From contig NMRA01000174.1 in assembly GCA_002633005.1 (NCBI GenBank), forward strand, positions 394,030 to 458,029: DNA of 64,000 nt, written 5' to 3'. Position numbers and translations under genes: made by a program. The notes beneath the pieces are model-generated. The model saw nothing but the letters and a program-made list of their open reading frames with translations, searched no databases and was not told the DNA's origin. The stretch is from Phoronis australis (lineage: Eukaryota; Animalia; Phoronida). Shown here piece after piece: positions 37,808 through 50,630 of this stretch. The stretch's first letter is position 1; each line of letters starts with the position of its first letter.

Positions 37808-38326
37808 CATAGGCGGATTTAGGGGTGGGGCAATTGAAGACTATTTTAAATACAACAAATTTGGTACGAACTGATTGCACAAAATATAAAAAGTGCAATA
37901 AGCATTACAAAAAGATGTAGGTTTCGCCCGCAAACGCTGTGGACCATAAACAAGTAGATCTCTTATTAGCAAGTTACGAGTGAAATCGTGGTGGTGCAGT
38001 GCTAAAGCACGCGCGCTCTATCCGCCGGGTCATGAGTTCGACTCTGTGATAATTGCAGTTTTTCATGTTTCACACGGTCTCCGATTCTTTTTCTTTTTCT
38101 TTGCCTTTTTTCTTGGATAAAACTTCAGGAATCAAGAAAATGCTTGATTTTTAGAGGAGAAAACAGAAAATTTTTCCTGGGCGGGGAGGGCCAACCCCCC
38201 TCCCGACCTCCCCCCATTCGGTGCTATGCGCATCTAATCGTGCTTTGCACATCTAATCGTGCTTTGCACAAATGTTTTCAGACAAAATGTTGGGCCCCTC
38301 CTTGTGATATCCTAGATCCGCCACTG
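37808..38326. mobile_element. Non-autonomous DNA transposon with 5-bp TSD
   Basis: TIRs CATAGGCGGATTTAGG and CCTAGATCCGCCACTG; TAACC directly repeated on both sides; internal tRNA-like A/B-box segment at about 37988-38045. Confidence 0.75.
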
Positions 38327-39429
38327 TAACCACTCAATAAGTTACACATGTGTGATTAAATTCAGAATGGTAGTTAAGGATGTGTTCCAGTAAATGCTAC
38401 TGATGAAATTTTGTGAAAATAATGTTTAAGCACTTATGAACTCGTGACCTATGCCGCTGACATCGCAAGATGGCCGACCCCATCAAAATAGTGAGTCAAA
38501 TTTTTACACATAAATAGCGCTAACTTTTGAATGCACCATGCGATTTTGATAATTTTTTCATTTTTTTTTAATTTATTATTTTTTTCTTGAAACCATTTTT
38601 AATGTAATGAAGGTACAAAAACATTCGTTTAAAAAATGTAGAATACGCAACATTGAAGCATTTTTAGAGCAAAAAATAAAAAGACCATTCGAGAGATTTT
38701 TAAGTTTTGTTCAAACATACAAGATCTATCCACAAACTTATATTTCAAGTTCCACAGCCCCGCAAAGTGGCTTGTAGAAGCACTTAAGTGACATCCACTT
38801 TCAACACTACAAAAAGTGCTTCCTGACTGCAGCGAAATTGTTAGTATCAATATATTTATTTGTTAGTCTTCATGTCCCGCTTCCTAATACCATAATATGT
38901 TTCCTCTCATGGCACGCATCTACCTGTTTTACATTGGAAAATTGCTGTTTTCGGTATGCAAAAACGTGTCATTTTCTTCGTAAACCTAAGCCTATAGGTA
39001 AAAACTTATGCCTATAGGTAAAAAACTAAGAGGTCAATAAGTGCAAAATTGGTGAGCCACACCACGATCACATACACAAAGTTTAAGCTGAATCTGAAAG
39101 AAGACCTCTAGAGATTTTTTGATTTCTTTTAATTTTGTCGTGTAATGGCTCTTAAAACGTTGATTCAAATTTCCGTCCTTCAATCTTTGGTTACAAGTTG
39201 TGTTTGAGCGTGTCAAAATCATACTATTGTGGCTATGTTTACCAGAGGGCGTCGTCTATTCTTCAGTTGACACATGTCACATGTAACTCTAGGAGCGAGG
39301 GGTGTGCTCGCAGCATCTTATGACCTTCTGTTCCCTTGGGCCATTTCAGGACTTCTGTTTGGTGACTAGTGTGTATGTCTACCATTAGTTATTGATTATT
39401 ATACAATGAGATGTTGCTCCCACTGTGTG

Positions 39430-42400
39430 TTAATGCAGATCCAGGTTCTGAATTGTCTGTGAAACAGATCTGGCATTAGGATCGACATTCACGCTATCGA
39501 TATTGTATGTATTCACAGAAGGTCCTATCATTTGACCCATTACTGTCGACCTCGAAGATCGTCGATTTGTTGTCTTTGTAGTTTCATTTTCAATCCCGAC
39601 TCGACGGTCTTCCATTGCATCTTCTTTCCTCGCTACTTCGGGTTCTTTGGTCGAACAGGAAAGGTCGTTTGATGGCAAGACGTCCTTAGCTCGACTGGCG
39701 ACGGGTAAATCTGACGCGTTCATCCCTAAGTGCTGTCGTCTTCGATTTCGCACAGCCGCCGGGTGAACATCGACTACGGCATAACTCAGCTCGTCTTGCA
39801 CGATCTCAGGTCTGACTGAGTAGGGCTCGACGGCTGGGGCTGTTGATTTTTTCTCTTGTTGGTCGGGGACATCTTGTTCAGGTAGTGAGCTCATGCCCGG
39901 AGCCGTTGTCTGCTGACCATGTGTGGCGAAAACAGTTTTGGCCACGGTCTGGAAGCTCACTCTCGGTTTTGGCTTGGCCAATGAAACCGCTGCAACTGCT
40001 TCGCTCCGTTTTACTGATGTCACACCTGGTATATATCGCCTCTCTGGAAAGTCTTCGTCGTCAAGAGGTTCTTTTCCAGCCATCTTCCGCTGTAAGAAAG
40101 TCATCAGGGATCGGCGCGTTTTCCGGTCGCGAGAAGTCTTCGCGGGGGGCTTTTTCTCTTCTTCCTGTTTCTTCATTGTAATGGCTCTTCTGTAATTAGC
40201 TAAGGCTGAATACCGGGGGTCATGGGGATAAATCCCCGTTGCCATGCTCAGTCGTCCCATTATAAGGTCCATTTCATCGACTTCAAGCGCCGTCTGAACT
40301 CGAGGCGGTGCAACAGGTTTTTCTTCTGGGAAGCAACGATTTAGATTCTTCTTCAATCTTGACCAATGCATGGGGATGGTAATAATATCCAAAACGATCA
40401 TCCCTCCAAAGAACAATCCTATTACTGACAGCGTAACGATGCCTGTAATGTCTGCACCTTCTGCGTCGGCAGCCGCATGCTTAAAAGAGGTGTCGATGTT
40501 AATTTTCTCGTCTGAAAGAAATTAACAAATACTGTAACATTGGCGGCGCACCATAGGGGGCTGGGGGAGGGGGCTATAGCCCCACTTTTTTCAGTGCTGC
40601 GAGGCCCTTGTGTAAAGACATGTTTTGTAAATTGTTCCATCACAGAGATTATATAACGGAAGTTACAGGGCGTTATAGCTCCCTTAACTTTGGAAACAAA
40701 TGATGGCAGCCTTTCCATGTATCCGTGGGCCCCTAATCCAACATTCAAAGACTAAGAATGATAGATGCAGTGCCAGGATCGACGATTTCCGAAAGTGCCA
40801 CCGCCAACATAAAGTAAAGCTCCCTGGGGGTCTATTTTAGAAAACAGAAAATGTCCCTTGGGAGCTCTTCCATGATCGTTTTGCTGTTTCTCACAGGAGA
40901 CAAAGGAGTGACAAAATGGAATCATTTTTCTCAAATTTGGATCGTTAAATATTTGAAGTTTCAACTCGGAGGCGTCTCCGGACCACCACTGGCGATCACA
41001 ATGAAACCTGGGAGATATTTCAAATCTATCAAAGTTAAAATCTTGGTAGAAGAAACAAATCAGTGCGATTAATGTCATAATCACTGAGATTAATTTGCTG
41101 GAGTCTCAAATGCTGCATCTATTAGTTGTAAAAACGGTGTTTTTGAATTCACAAGTTCTACCTCGTTTTCACTTAGTCAAGTGCACCATAATTACGACCA
41201 GTGAACTGGAGAACTGAAAGAATTGTCCCTCAATCTTCATCACTTGGGAAAAACATGGTGAAAGGAATGGGAAACGTGGAGGATAAAACAAAAAATCCCA
41301 GGTCACGAGTACTACTAAACAAGTCGGCCACATTCAATAAGCTACTAAGTGACTAAACCGACAATGATTCGTCTGCTATGAGAAAACCCAAAAGTGATAT
41401 GATTTTGTTTTTTCATGACAGTTATTTATCATTCATGAGAGTTTGATATTAAACAAACAAATTAAATGGCTATTTTTTCAATTGCATTATAACATAAATC
41501 GTTCTGTGCCGTTCCTCGCTCTCCCATGACGGCATTCGCAACAAGCAAGAATGTCATTCACAAACATTTTGGGCCGCAACTGAGAAATCGCAAGTGCCGT
41601 CCGCCATTTTTTTCTTCCAAAAAATAACAAATTTTTCGTTAAGTGAACGTTCAACATCTTGTATGTGTGAACTTCAAGATTTTTCTAGTGAAGTACAGAA
41701 CTAACGAACGCAGCATTCCCCTCTTGTATAGCATTTTCGAAGTCCATTGAATGAAAGAGCAGTGTAGTCAGCAACACAAGTTTCCGAAAGAGTCCAGCCC
41801 GGGGCTCTTTCGGAAATCCCCAATATCCGGTGGTAATTAACATGGCGTGGAACAAAAGCAGTGTCAGCGTTTCTGCTTCAGTGCCAACAATATCGTGCTT
41901 TAACTGAAATACAAAATGTTTTACCGGTGCAGTGTGGAACTGTTGACTCCCATTTCCCAGTTTCTGTACACCTCACCGTCCGCCAGACGTCACCGTTTGG
42001 AAAGAACCAGCCGTGGTTGCAAGTGTAGTTGACGACAGTCCCATAGACTGTAGATGTTGTGTTCAGGGTTGATTGGGTGACATTTTGTATTTTTCTGCAA
42101 TCTACGGCTGAAATATAAACAGGCAACCAATGAAGTAGATTGGCTAGGCCGTCCTTAAACATTTTGTATGCCCTCGCCATTGTAAAGGACTACTATTCTA
42201 GGTAGTCTCTTTGTTTATATCTGTGCTTCCATCCTCTACAGACATTGACGACCACCAACATAAATGCAACTTGGCGTTCGTCTGCGTCTCCCGTCTCTAT
42301 GAACTTGAGCTGAACGGAAAGGATTAACGCAGTGACTAATCTAGTGAATTTACGAATTTGAGAATATCCACTTACGAACACAATCGGGTACTCGTCTATT

Positions 42401-45400
42401 CCACGTGCCGTCGATTCCACACATGACTATGACGTAAGTAGAATTGTCTGGTTGGAGATGTCCTTCGTTGCAGGTGAAAGTCACCACAACGCCGTAACCG
42501 GTATCAGCGGTGTCTGAATAGCCATTTTTTGCGTACGACAAAGACTCACAGACCACAGCTAAAAGAGATAAATGTAGATCAACTTATAAGTGTACGATAA
42601 TGGTAAGTTGAATGTAAAATATTTTCCGTAACCATCATTTTTTCAAAACCGTACAAAACGGTCTGTTGAAGGTAGTGCACACTTTTAAAATTTCTTAAAA
42701 ATGATGGTGGGAATCGTCTGTAGGACGATGGAAATGAGCATTTGGAAATTACCTTTTTAACGGGAGAGGAATGAAAGATGTTGAAAAAACATTTAAAGCT
42801 TTTGAAGATGTCAATAATTTTGCGCGACATCTTACCTTATGCCTAACTGGATTACTTAATATTGTGTTAAAATGTCTGTTGTTAGATTCTCAATTGGCGC
42901 AGTTTCAAACAGTTTTATAGCCTTTTGAAACTCGGTGGTAATAATTTTAGATAAAAAGGTTACTGACAAAATATTCGGTGGCAGTTCTAAAAGTAGAAAA
43001 AGTAAAACAACCCGGTCAAATGAGTACTTATCACTTTGAAACCGTAGAGTAACTAACACATATTAATGGTTAAAGCCGGGATAAACCCGCCTTCTGTCAC
43101 AAAAAACAACTTGTGCTTGAGATCGATTACTGTTATGAAATTGGTCTCAAATAATTCTCCAATCCAATTGAAAGGACTCCAGTGCATTGCTTGAGTCGAA
43201 GCTACACAAGTTGATTTGTCACGGCGTGTCATTTTATTACCCGAACATGGTATCGAAGAACAACGACAAGTCAAATCTTTACAAGATAAAAACCATTGAT
43301 CATCTGTATAAGAAGTGGTCTAATGAGTCAAAACTTGGTTTCTTCGATAGAACGCGGATTTATTGCCACTTTAGGATAAATTGACTACTCGGTTCTAAAG
43401 CACTTACGATTACAAATTGAATACGTCAAGTTCCATTGGGCAGTTGCGTTGCAGACAATCGTTTGCAACGTGGAATTGTCTGCAAAAGCAAAACCGGGCA
43501 GACATTCGTAGTGAATACGCGTGCCGTAAGAAACTTCCGAACTGTCCCTGTATGCGTTCGGTACTTCTGGTGTACTAGGGCAGGTTAACGCTGAAATATG
43601 CGAAGGAATAAATGGATAATGCACAAAATAATGAACATATTACGTAATGCAAAAACGAAAAGACGTCATGGGGAAATGGATGTTTTGTTACAAAACCAGA
43701 GCAATCTTGATAAAAAGAGTCACCATAGAGTAAATTACCTGTAGAAACACAGAGAAGTGATACTTTTTTGATTTTCATAACATGAGCAAATATTGTTTTT
43801 GTTTGGCATAATAAACTCCCCGATGATAATGTACTCCAAAGCTGCTTCACTCAACAGTTTTCTTCTGTCAAAAAACTAGTAAGTTCCAGTGTAAAAAGTT
43901 GCACGCAAATGAACTCCAATTGAACGACACGCAGTAAATTCGTTTGACAAACTTCTTGTTTCGGCATCGAATGTTGTAAGCCATGAGTTACATAATAGCA
44001 GTACTGAAAGGTATTTACCTTGACAAGGTACAGGTTCGTTACTCCATTCTCCCTCTTCCAGGCAAAACATGGACATCCCAAATTCCCCATTCGGCAACAT
44101 GTAGCCGATATCACAGGAGTAAGTCACAGTCGTGTGGAACGTATTATCTGTGGTGTCTGGTGAGCCGAAGGGAATCGCTTGTACTGGCGGACATCTCTGA
44201 ACTAAAATCCCAATTGTGAAGACGTGTAACACACCAGCTTATCAGTTCATTTCGTTTTTTGGACCTCAGTTACGTAGATATATTGTTAATTTTCAATTGA
44301 ATATAAACCCTAACGGTAACCAGCAGAAATATTTTTCAAATCTGTATTAAATTTGCCAATGATGGGATTACAGGTTCAGAGGACTTGCTTTACTTACACT
44401 AATGTAAGAGGTCACTTTTTGCGTCCTTGTTTCAAGTCTTGCCGTTCAAATCATTCAATTATAATGTAATAGGCAACAGTTGGGAGACGGGAACTTCATG
44501 CAAGCATATCTATTGTCCAAAATAAAGTCCTTGACATTACTTATTTAAAGTGTAAAAGCACACTGCGTCCCCTAAACCCAGGGTGCCTGCGTGTGTTTTA
44601 TAGTGGAACATTTGCAAATAACTGGCACTAGATAGGATATTGAGCTCTGTGGGGAGTTTCTTCTGCTACATGGAAACATACTTTTACATCCCTCAACAGT
44701 TGAGTTCCACCTTTTGTCCGGCATGCACTGTACTTTAGACTCCTTTGAGCCGTCGGCGATCCTGTATCCGAATGGACACTTGAGATGAATGACAGACCCC
44801 AGCAGTGTATCTATTGAGCTGACCGTGCCGTTTAACAGGTCAATTTCTAAGCAGTGCAACACTGAAATTGAATATTTTACTTCTTTAACAATTCAAAAGT
44901 TAATTTTAGCTCACCGAGAGCGGATTACACATTGTTCTTCAAGATTAAAACTTTTAATATGTGGTTCATACCAATAAAATTTGAAAGGGAAACGTTCAAA
45001 ATCGCGTGAAAAAAATGCTTAACTAAATTTAATTTTGAGAGGACAATTGAACGTCTTACCTTTACACTGTGGCACGCTGGCGCTCCATTTACCACTGATC
45101 TTGCATGTGATGTTTTTGGAGAATGTACCATCTGGTAATTCATAACCTTCATAGCACCTGTAGGTGACTTCTGTCCCGACTTCAAATTGATGGTCGTTTT
45201 CTAATGAGGCGTAAGGAACAGTAGGAGGTTGTCCACATCTTTTTTCTGAAAGTAAGTGATTCATGATCACTGGCGCACGAACAAGCATAGTTGGTTATTT
45301 TTGTGGATTCAATAAAATAATTTCTTGCTTTGGCTCTTGAAAATTAATTGAGTGGTCTCATGCGTTTGCTAAACAGAAGTTAGTTATCTGAGCTAGTAGG

Positions 45401-48400
45401 TTTCCAACGTAGCGAGTTCACACCTCCGGACAGGAATAGTTGGATTGGATATTTATTTAATAAGTTTCGAACCTCTTTACTCAGACTGATCTGAGTGAAA
45501 AAATCTGAAATGACTTACTCGTGCACGTTCCCAATCCCCACGGTTTCCACTGACCGTCGTATCCACAAATTCTTGTCTTTGTTTCGTCGCCGTCCGCGAA
45601 CTCGTAGCCTCGTTGGCAGGTGTAAGACACAACAGTACCTACACTAGTGGCAGTTGAATTAATTGTGGTTTGTGGTATGATCGGCACAGCAGGGCAGAAA
45701 ATTCCTAGAAATAAGAAAATGATGTGACGGGACGTGTTGAAACAGGAAGAGGAACAGCAGCGTCAATGGTGAAGATTGTGGCATTGAAAAACTATATCTA
45801 TGATGTACATGTTCATATATCTAAAATAACTTTTCACAGAAATATGCGTCTTGGAATGGGAAGAAATTTCACATATTCACCATCCGCGCCGAGTTTGCCT
45901 GAAATATTTTATGTCATAACAAAAGGATTTCAATGGGAGTAAGTAACAAGCATTTAGTCATTGAGCATATTTTGATATAACCTATAAGTAACGCATTCAA
46001 CACAGTTTTCAATCCGATTATCAAAAGCCGCTAGAAATGTCTGTAAAAGCAAATAAAAACGCGTAGGCCTACTCAACCACCTGTTCTAAACGCCGTAACA
46101 CTATTCAAGGGTCTATTAAATGCAAGCCGTTACATGCTTGCAGCTCACTGTAATATATTACTATAATACATTATACACTGTAACACTCTTCAACAAGCCC
46201 ACAATGAGACGGCCTTTTCTTTGAGCAGCGAGAACAAGTGTGAAGTCGCGAGACCTAGGAGTTCTGGGATAGCGGTACTTTCATCTGAGGCTGCCACTTT
46301 GTAAATTCGGCGCAACATACAGATTGCCGCTAGTCTCGAAGCTGAATATAAGCCAAAATCTTGGCAACAAGAGTAAACATCGACTTGATCATGGAGCGCA
46401 CTGTAATATGCATGTAAGACTCGTTGAAGAGTGTTACGGTGTATAATTTATTGTAGTAATATATTACAATGAGCTGCAAGCTTGTAATGGCTGCATTTGA
46501 ATGATGTTACGGCGTTTGGAACGGGTGCAATCAACAAAGGTTGCACCATTTCAGGATAACAAGATGGTATCACAATTAGTATTATGTTTTTAATTGAAAT
46601 GCATTTGAATTTCTATTTCAACAGAAGGGGTGAAAATCACTACAGAAAATAAGCATCTGTTTACCTTGGCAGTCAGGAACCTTGAAGTTCCACCAGCCGT
46701 TGTCTTGACATGTGATGACGTACTTGTCGTATTCGTGGTCAAAGAAATAGCCCGGATGGCATCTGTACGTCAAAACACTCCCGTACGAGTTGTCATAAGA
46801 ATCCGGGTAGCCGTGAGCAATGGTGGGAACAGGAGGGCAGGTGGCGTCTGTTCGAGCACAAGATAATATCATTTCAACCCCACGAACATAACGGTCGCGC
46901 GGTTGCTTAGGCCTATTAGTGTTGTTCACAATTATCGATGTTTCTTTAAAGTTAACTTGAAAACGCATTATTTTAACCAGACACCCCTGTTCCTTACAAT
47001 TAGGCCTACATTTCTTCTTTCTAACTACATGTCACTACCGATATCAATGTAATATCTTCACAGGGCACTGTAGTGTTATTAGTAGAGTAGGGACCTTCTT
47101 ACCAAATAAACGAGTTCCGGGTGGCAGCCATATTGAATATTTGTTAGATTTTGTCATAGATACAACTCAGCATTTCACGAAAGAAAACTCTGAATTTGAT
47201 TAAAACAAAGTACCACGTACTTCCCGTTTAGTTTGCTGTGTGACATTTTTTACCGATAATCGAAATTACACCCACGTGAATTTGTAGGCCTGATATGATA
47301 TGCCGGGAGGATTTAGGTGATAAATTCCAAAACTGAACTGACGCCTTTTTATATTTTTCATAATAATTTAAATGACTGCACTCCGTCACAAACAAGGAAC
47401 GATAATTACGTTTTTTACAGACGAAAGGCTTTGCGCTGCTGCAATCGTCCATCAGCCATTGAGCTCCCTCCGACAAAGCAGCACAGTCGCCTAGTGTCTG
47501 TACAGGATTGGTCGACGAGTAGAGCCAACTTCCTGTAGAGCTGTCAAGCCAGGTCCACGTATTGGAAGATCGTTTGAGACCGATCCAAAACATGTCGGTG
47601 GGATAAGAGTTCACCCTACGGCATCGAGACAAGAACAGGCGAATGAAAATAGTTACAATCTCCTCAGCATCTAAAACCACTGTTTGGCCAGCATAAAAAT
47701 GAATACAATTGGCAACCCGCTTCTCTAAGCTCAAGACAACCACGACTTTCGAAAGGAAAATGTCCAGTAGCCCCTAAATACGGCGTTCCGATGGGAGGGG
47801 GCCGGAGGCTGTGTCCCCAAGTCCGCCTACGTTTACCAAGTTCTGCTAATCAAATACGTGCCACCATTATTTCAACGCACAGTGCTTGAGAGTATATCAG
47901 TCTTTAGCACCTAAATAGTATACTATATAGTAAGAGATTTAGGTCGCCCGTTTTTGCAGCTCCTCAGTCAAAGGTCATAAATCCGAGAGCAAAGGTCAAA
48001 GATCACATAGAATGGATGCAATCGGAAGGGACATCATCCGCCTACCGGACTGATGTGTTAATGAGGTCATACCTCGATCATGACGTAATAGGTTTAATTA
48101 GACCCGTTAGAGAGGCACCTCGATGCTTTCGTGGCACGTTTTTGCGCCCTCCTCGCAACGGATTGAGAGCCAAAAAAGAGGGATTACGCTGCTGAATAAG
48201 AACAAAAGGTACCTTGTTTTGTACGCGCCAAGTGTCGTCGTTGTATATTATTCTCATTGATCAAAAACAAATATCGCGTATATTCCGCTACAAATGATAA
48301 GGGGATAACCACCCAACTCAATAACAGATGTCGCGTAAAGTCTAACCCAGGTACCGACGGTACTAAACTAATAATATTAATAATAAGATGTGACCACCTA

Positions 48401-50630
48401 AAATAGAACATAAAACTGATATTGTTTAAACGTGTATTAATGACAGACTTTACGTGACATCTGTTGATTAATTGAGTGGTATCCCCTTATCATTTGTAGC
48501 GGAATATACACGACGTTTGTTTTTTGATAAATGAGAACAATATACAACGACGACACTTGGCGCTCACGAAATAAGGTACCTTTTGTTCTCATTCAGCAGT
48601 GTAATCCCTCTTTTATTTCGACTCTCAATCCGTTGCGAGGAGCCACAAAAGTCATTGACACATCCGTCCGGTAGGCGGATGATGTCCCTTCCGATTGCAT
48701 CCATCCTATGTGACCTTTGACCTTTCCTCTCGGATTTATGATCTTTGACCGAGAAGCCGCAAAAGCGGGCGTCCTAAACCTCTTACTATACTACTAACCT
48801 ACGGCGTGATGGTGCGAGAACTCAAACTTAAAGTAATAGTAAATGTCTTACGATATTGTCGTTACAAGAGAACTTTCACGAATATCGTTGAGACCCACGA
48901 GTGTAGAGTTATACGACTGGCACTCAGCTGTGGCCACGTCAAATGAAGCTGTTGAGGAAGACACGTAGTAGCAATATGGCGACATAAAGACCCAGTCAGA
49001 TGGACACGGCTCTCCTACAGGGAAAGATAGATATACCACGATTAAAACGCGAATATCAGTTCATCAAAACGGACAGGTTCATTATGTTATATCAATTGGG
49101 CTGGTTGTTGAGTTTGTTTCCAGAAGCGTCAGTTGGTGAGAGACTCTCAACCGTCTCTGCCGGGTTAGGACGCTAGTAGCAGGTAGCTTACCCAGATCTG
49201 GTAGTCATATTGAGAGAGGCGAGTCACTTAGAACAGTGCTTTGATCAAGGGCACAACTACACAACTCCTGCAGCCAAGGTTTTGCTCTGAAAGGCTAGTT
49301 TCTTGCGAGTTTGGCGAGATCACGAAGTCGTTTTTTGCGAGATATCCCCAAGCATACTTGCAAGTATCTTTAGCTGTGGAACGGTCCCTTGAACCAAAGC
49401 TACCACCCCGCGCACTGAGCTACACAGACACTGATGTGGATACGTGAATATTTCGTAGTTTATATTATTCGTGTGCAAAATTCTTATAGGCTGAAACACT
49501 CTTCTTCGATGCTTATGTAGACGGTTAACATAAACCAGCAAGTTAGTGTTAAATGGCAAAAAAACACCTCAGTTGGAATGTTTTTGAGGAACCTTTGCGA
49601 AAACTTTAACGTCTAGCATATGATTAAATGAAATTTATTTAACATACCATTGCTGCCACCACAACAGACCAGAAACCACAACAATACTTGAATCTGAAAT
49701 CAGCAGCAAAGTAATTAGAAATAACCGCAAAGACAAGTCTTTACATTTAGCCAAATATCCAACAATGGAAATTAATTCAGTAAAAGTAAATGCGATTGGA
49801 TCACGTGACCATGTCTTTCTGGTAAAATCAAGCAAAAAAGAAAGGTGCAGTTACAGCAAAACAACGGTATCGATAACATGACCAAATTTCTTTTGCTGTA
49901 AATAGAGAAGACGAAATCTCCAAAACGACGTATTATTTTCTAAAATAATATTTCGTTTTTTTTGTGAACCTTTAAAGTCGTAGTTTTCAATAGCACCTTA
50001 TGCAAAACTGCAACATTTTAAATGCATATCAGTGTTTTGGAGAACTGTACATAACTTACAGTATCTCGCCCTTTTCAGTTTTTAGGGTTAATTAGAACCA
50101 CAGTTCTATTTAGTGCTGTACATGAGCTATATCGTGACTTTTCAATGATCCAGTTGCAACCGCAGAAGCTGCTTGTATTACTATAGGTGAACTATCAGAG
50201 GATAAAATGAGAATTAAAAGTAGGATAAAACAAAGAAAAGCGTGAAGAATTTGATCTGGCGTAGACTATGCAAATGGTTAAAAATCGCCTCGTGAATTTG
50301 GAAACACGAGTAAATGAAATAGGACAGGAAGAAGACTCGTGACTCTTAAAATCTCATTAAAAGCGACAAATCATGCCTGCGATCGGACCAGAAGTGTTTC
50401 AAAAGTAATTTGCTCAAACTTGTTTAAACGCTGTCTGCAGCATCAATGTTATCCAATACAATATCCAATACAAAATCAACCCAGAAACTGTCCCTGGCAT
50501 TTACATCACTTAGCAACATTAATTCAATCAACACAAACACCTCATGTAGAAATTTATGGTAGTTTTTAGGACACGAAAATATCACACAGAAGTTAAAGCT
50601 TATTAGCTAAAAAGTTCTTACCGTTCGCAT
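39430..50630 (-). CDS. Selectin-like type I membrane protein A: signal peptide, C-type lectin domain, 8 CCP/sushi domains, TM, about 310-aa cytoplasmic tail (about 990 aa)
   Basis: Exons 50622-50630 (MRT, tentative), 49648-49693 (IQVLLWFLVCCGGSN), 48852-49014 and 47410-47615 (CTLD: CPSDW..CYY..WIGL..DC..W..DDC...FVCK), eight phase-1 CCP exons 46665-46847, 45519-45704, 45060-45245, 44682-44861, 44019-44201, 43408-43590, 42376-42558, 41925-42107, and terminal exon 39430-40511 with hydrophobic ITGIVTLSVIGLFFGGMIVLDII. Confidence 0.88.
40538..40610. mobile_element. Mini-MITE of about 73 bp, copy 1
   Basis: CATTGGCGGCGCACCATAGGGGG...GCTGCGAGGCCCTTG flanked by a perfect TGTAA direct repeat. Confidence 0.75.
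46078..46527. mobile_element. MITE with about 120-bp imperfect terminal inverted repeats
   Basis: CACCTGTTCTAAACGCCGTAACA... versus ...TGTTACGGCGTTTGGAACGGGTG. Flanks TACTCAAC and CAATCAAC may be a decayed 8-bp TSD. Confidence 0.8.
47926..48790. mobile_element. Foldback / long-TIR non-autonomous DNA element (about 865 bp)
   Basis: Ends are TATAGTAAGAG and CTCTTACTATA. Arms 47926-48064 and 48151-48343 are imperfect reverse complements of about 48652-48790 and 48445-48640. Confidence 0.85.

Noticed and set aside
37985-38045. tRNA-like A/B boxes, also at about 25278-25305
   Set aside because: No complete cloverleaf; embedded in repeats, so probably SINE-derived.
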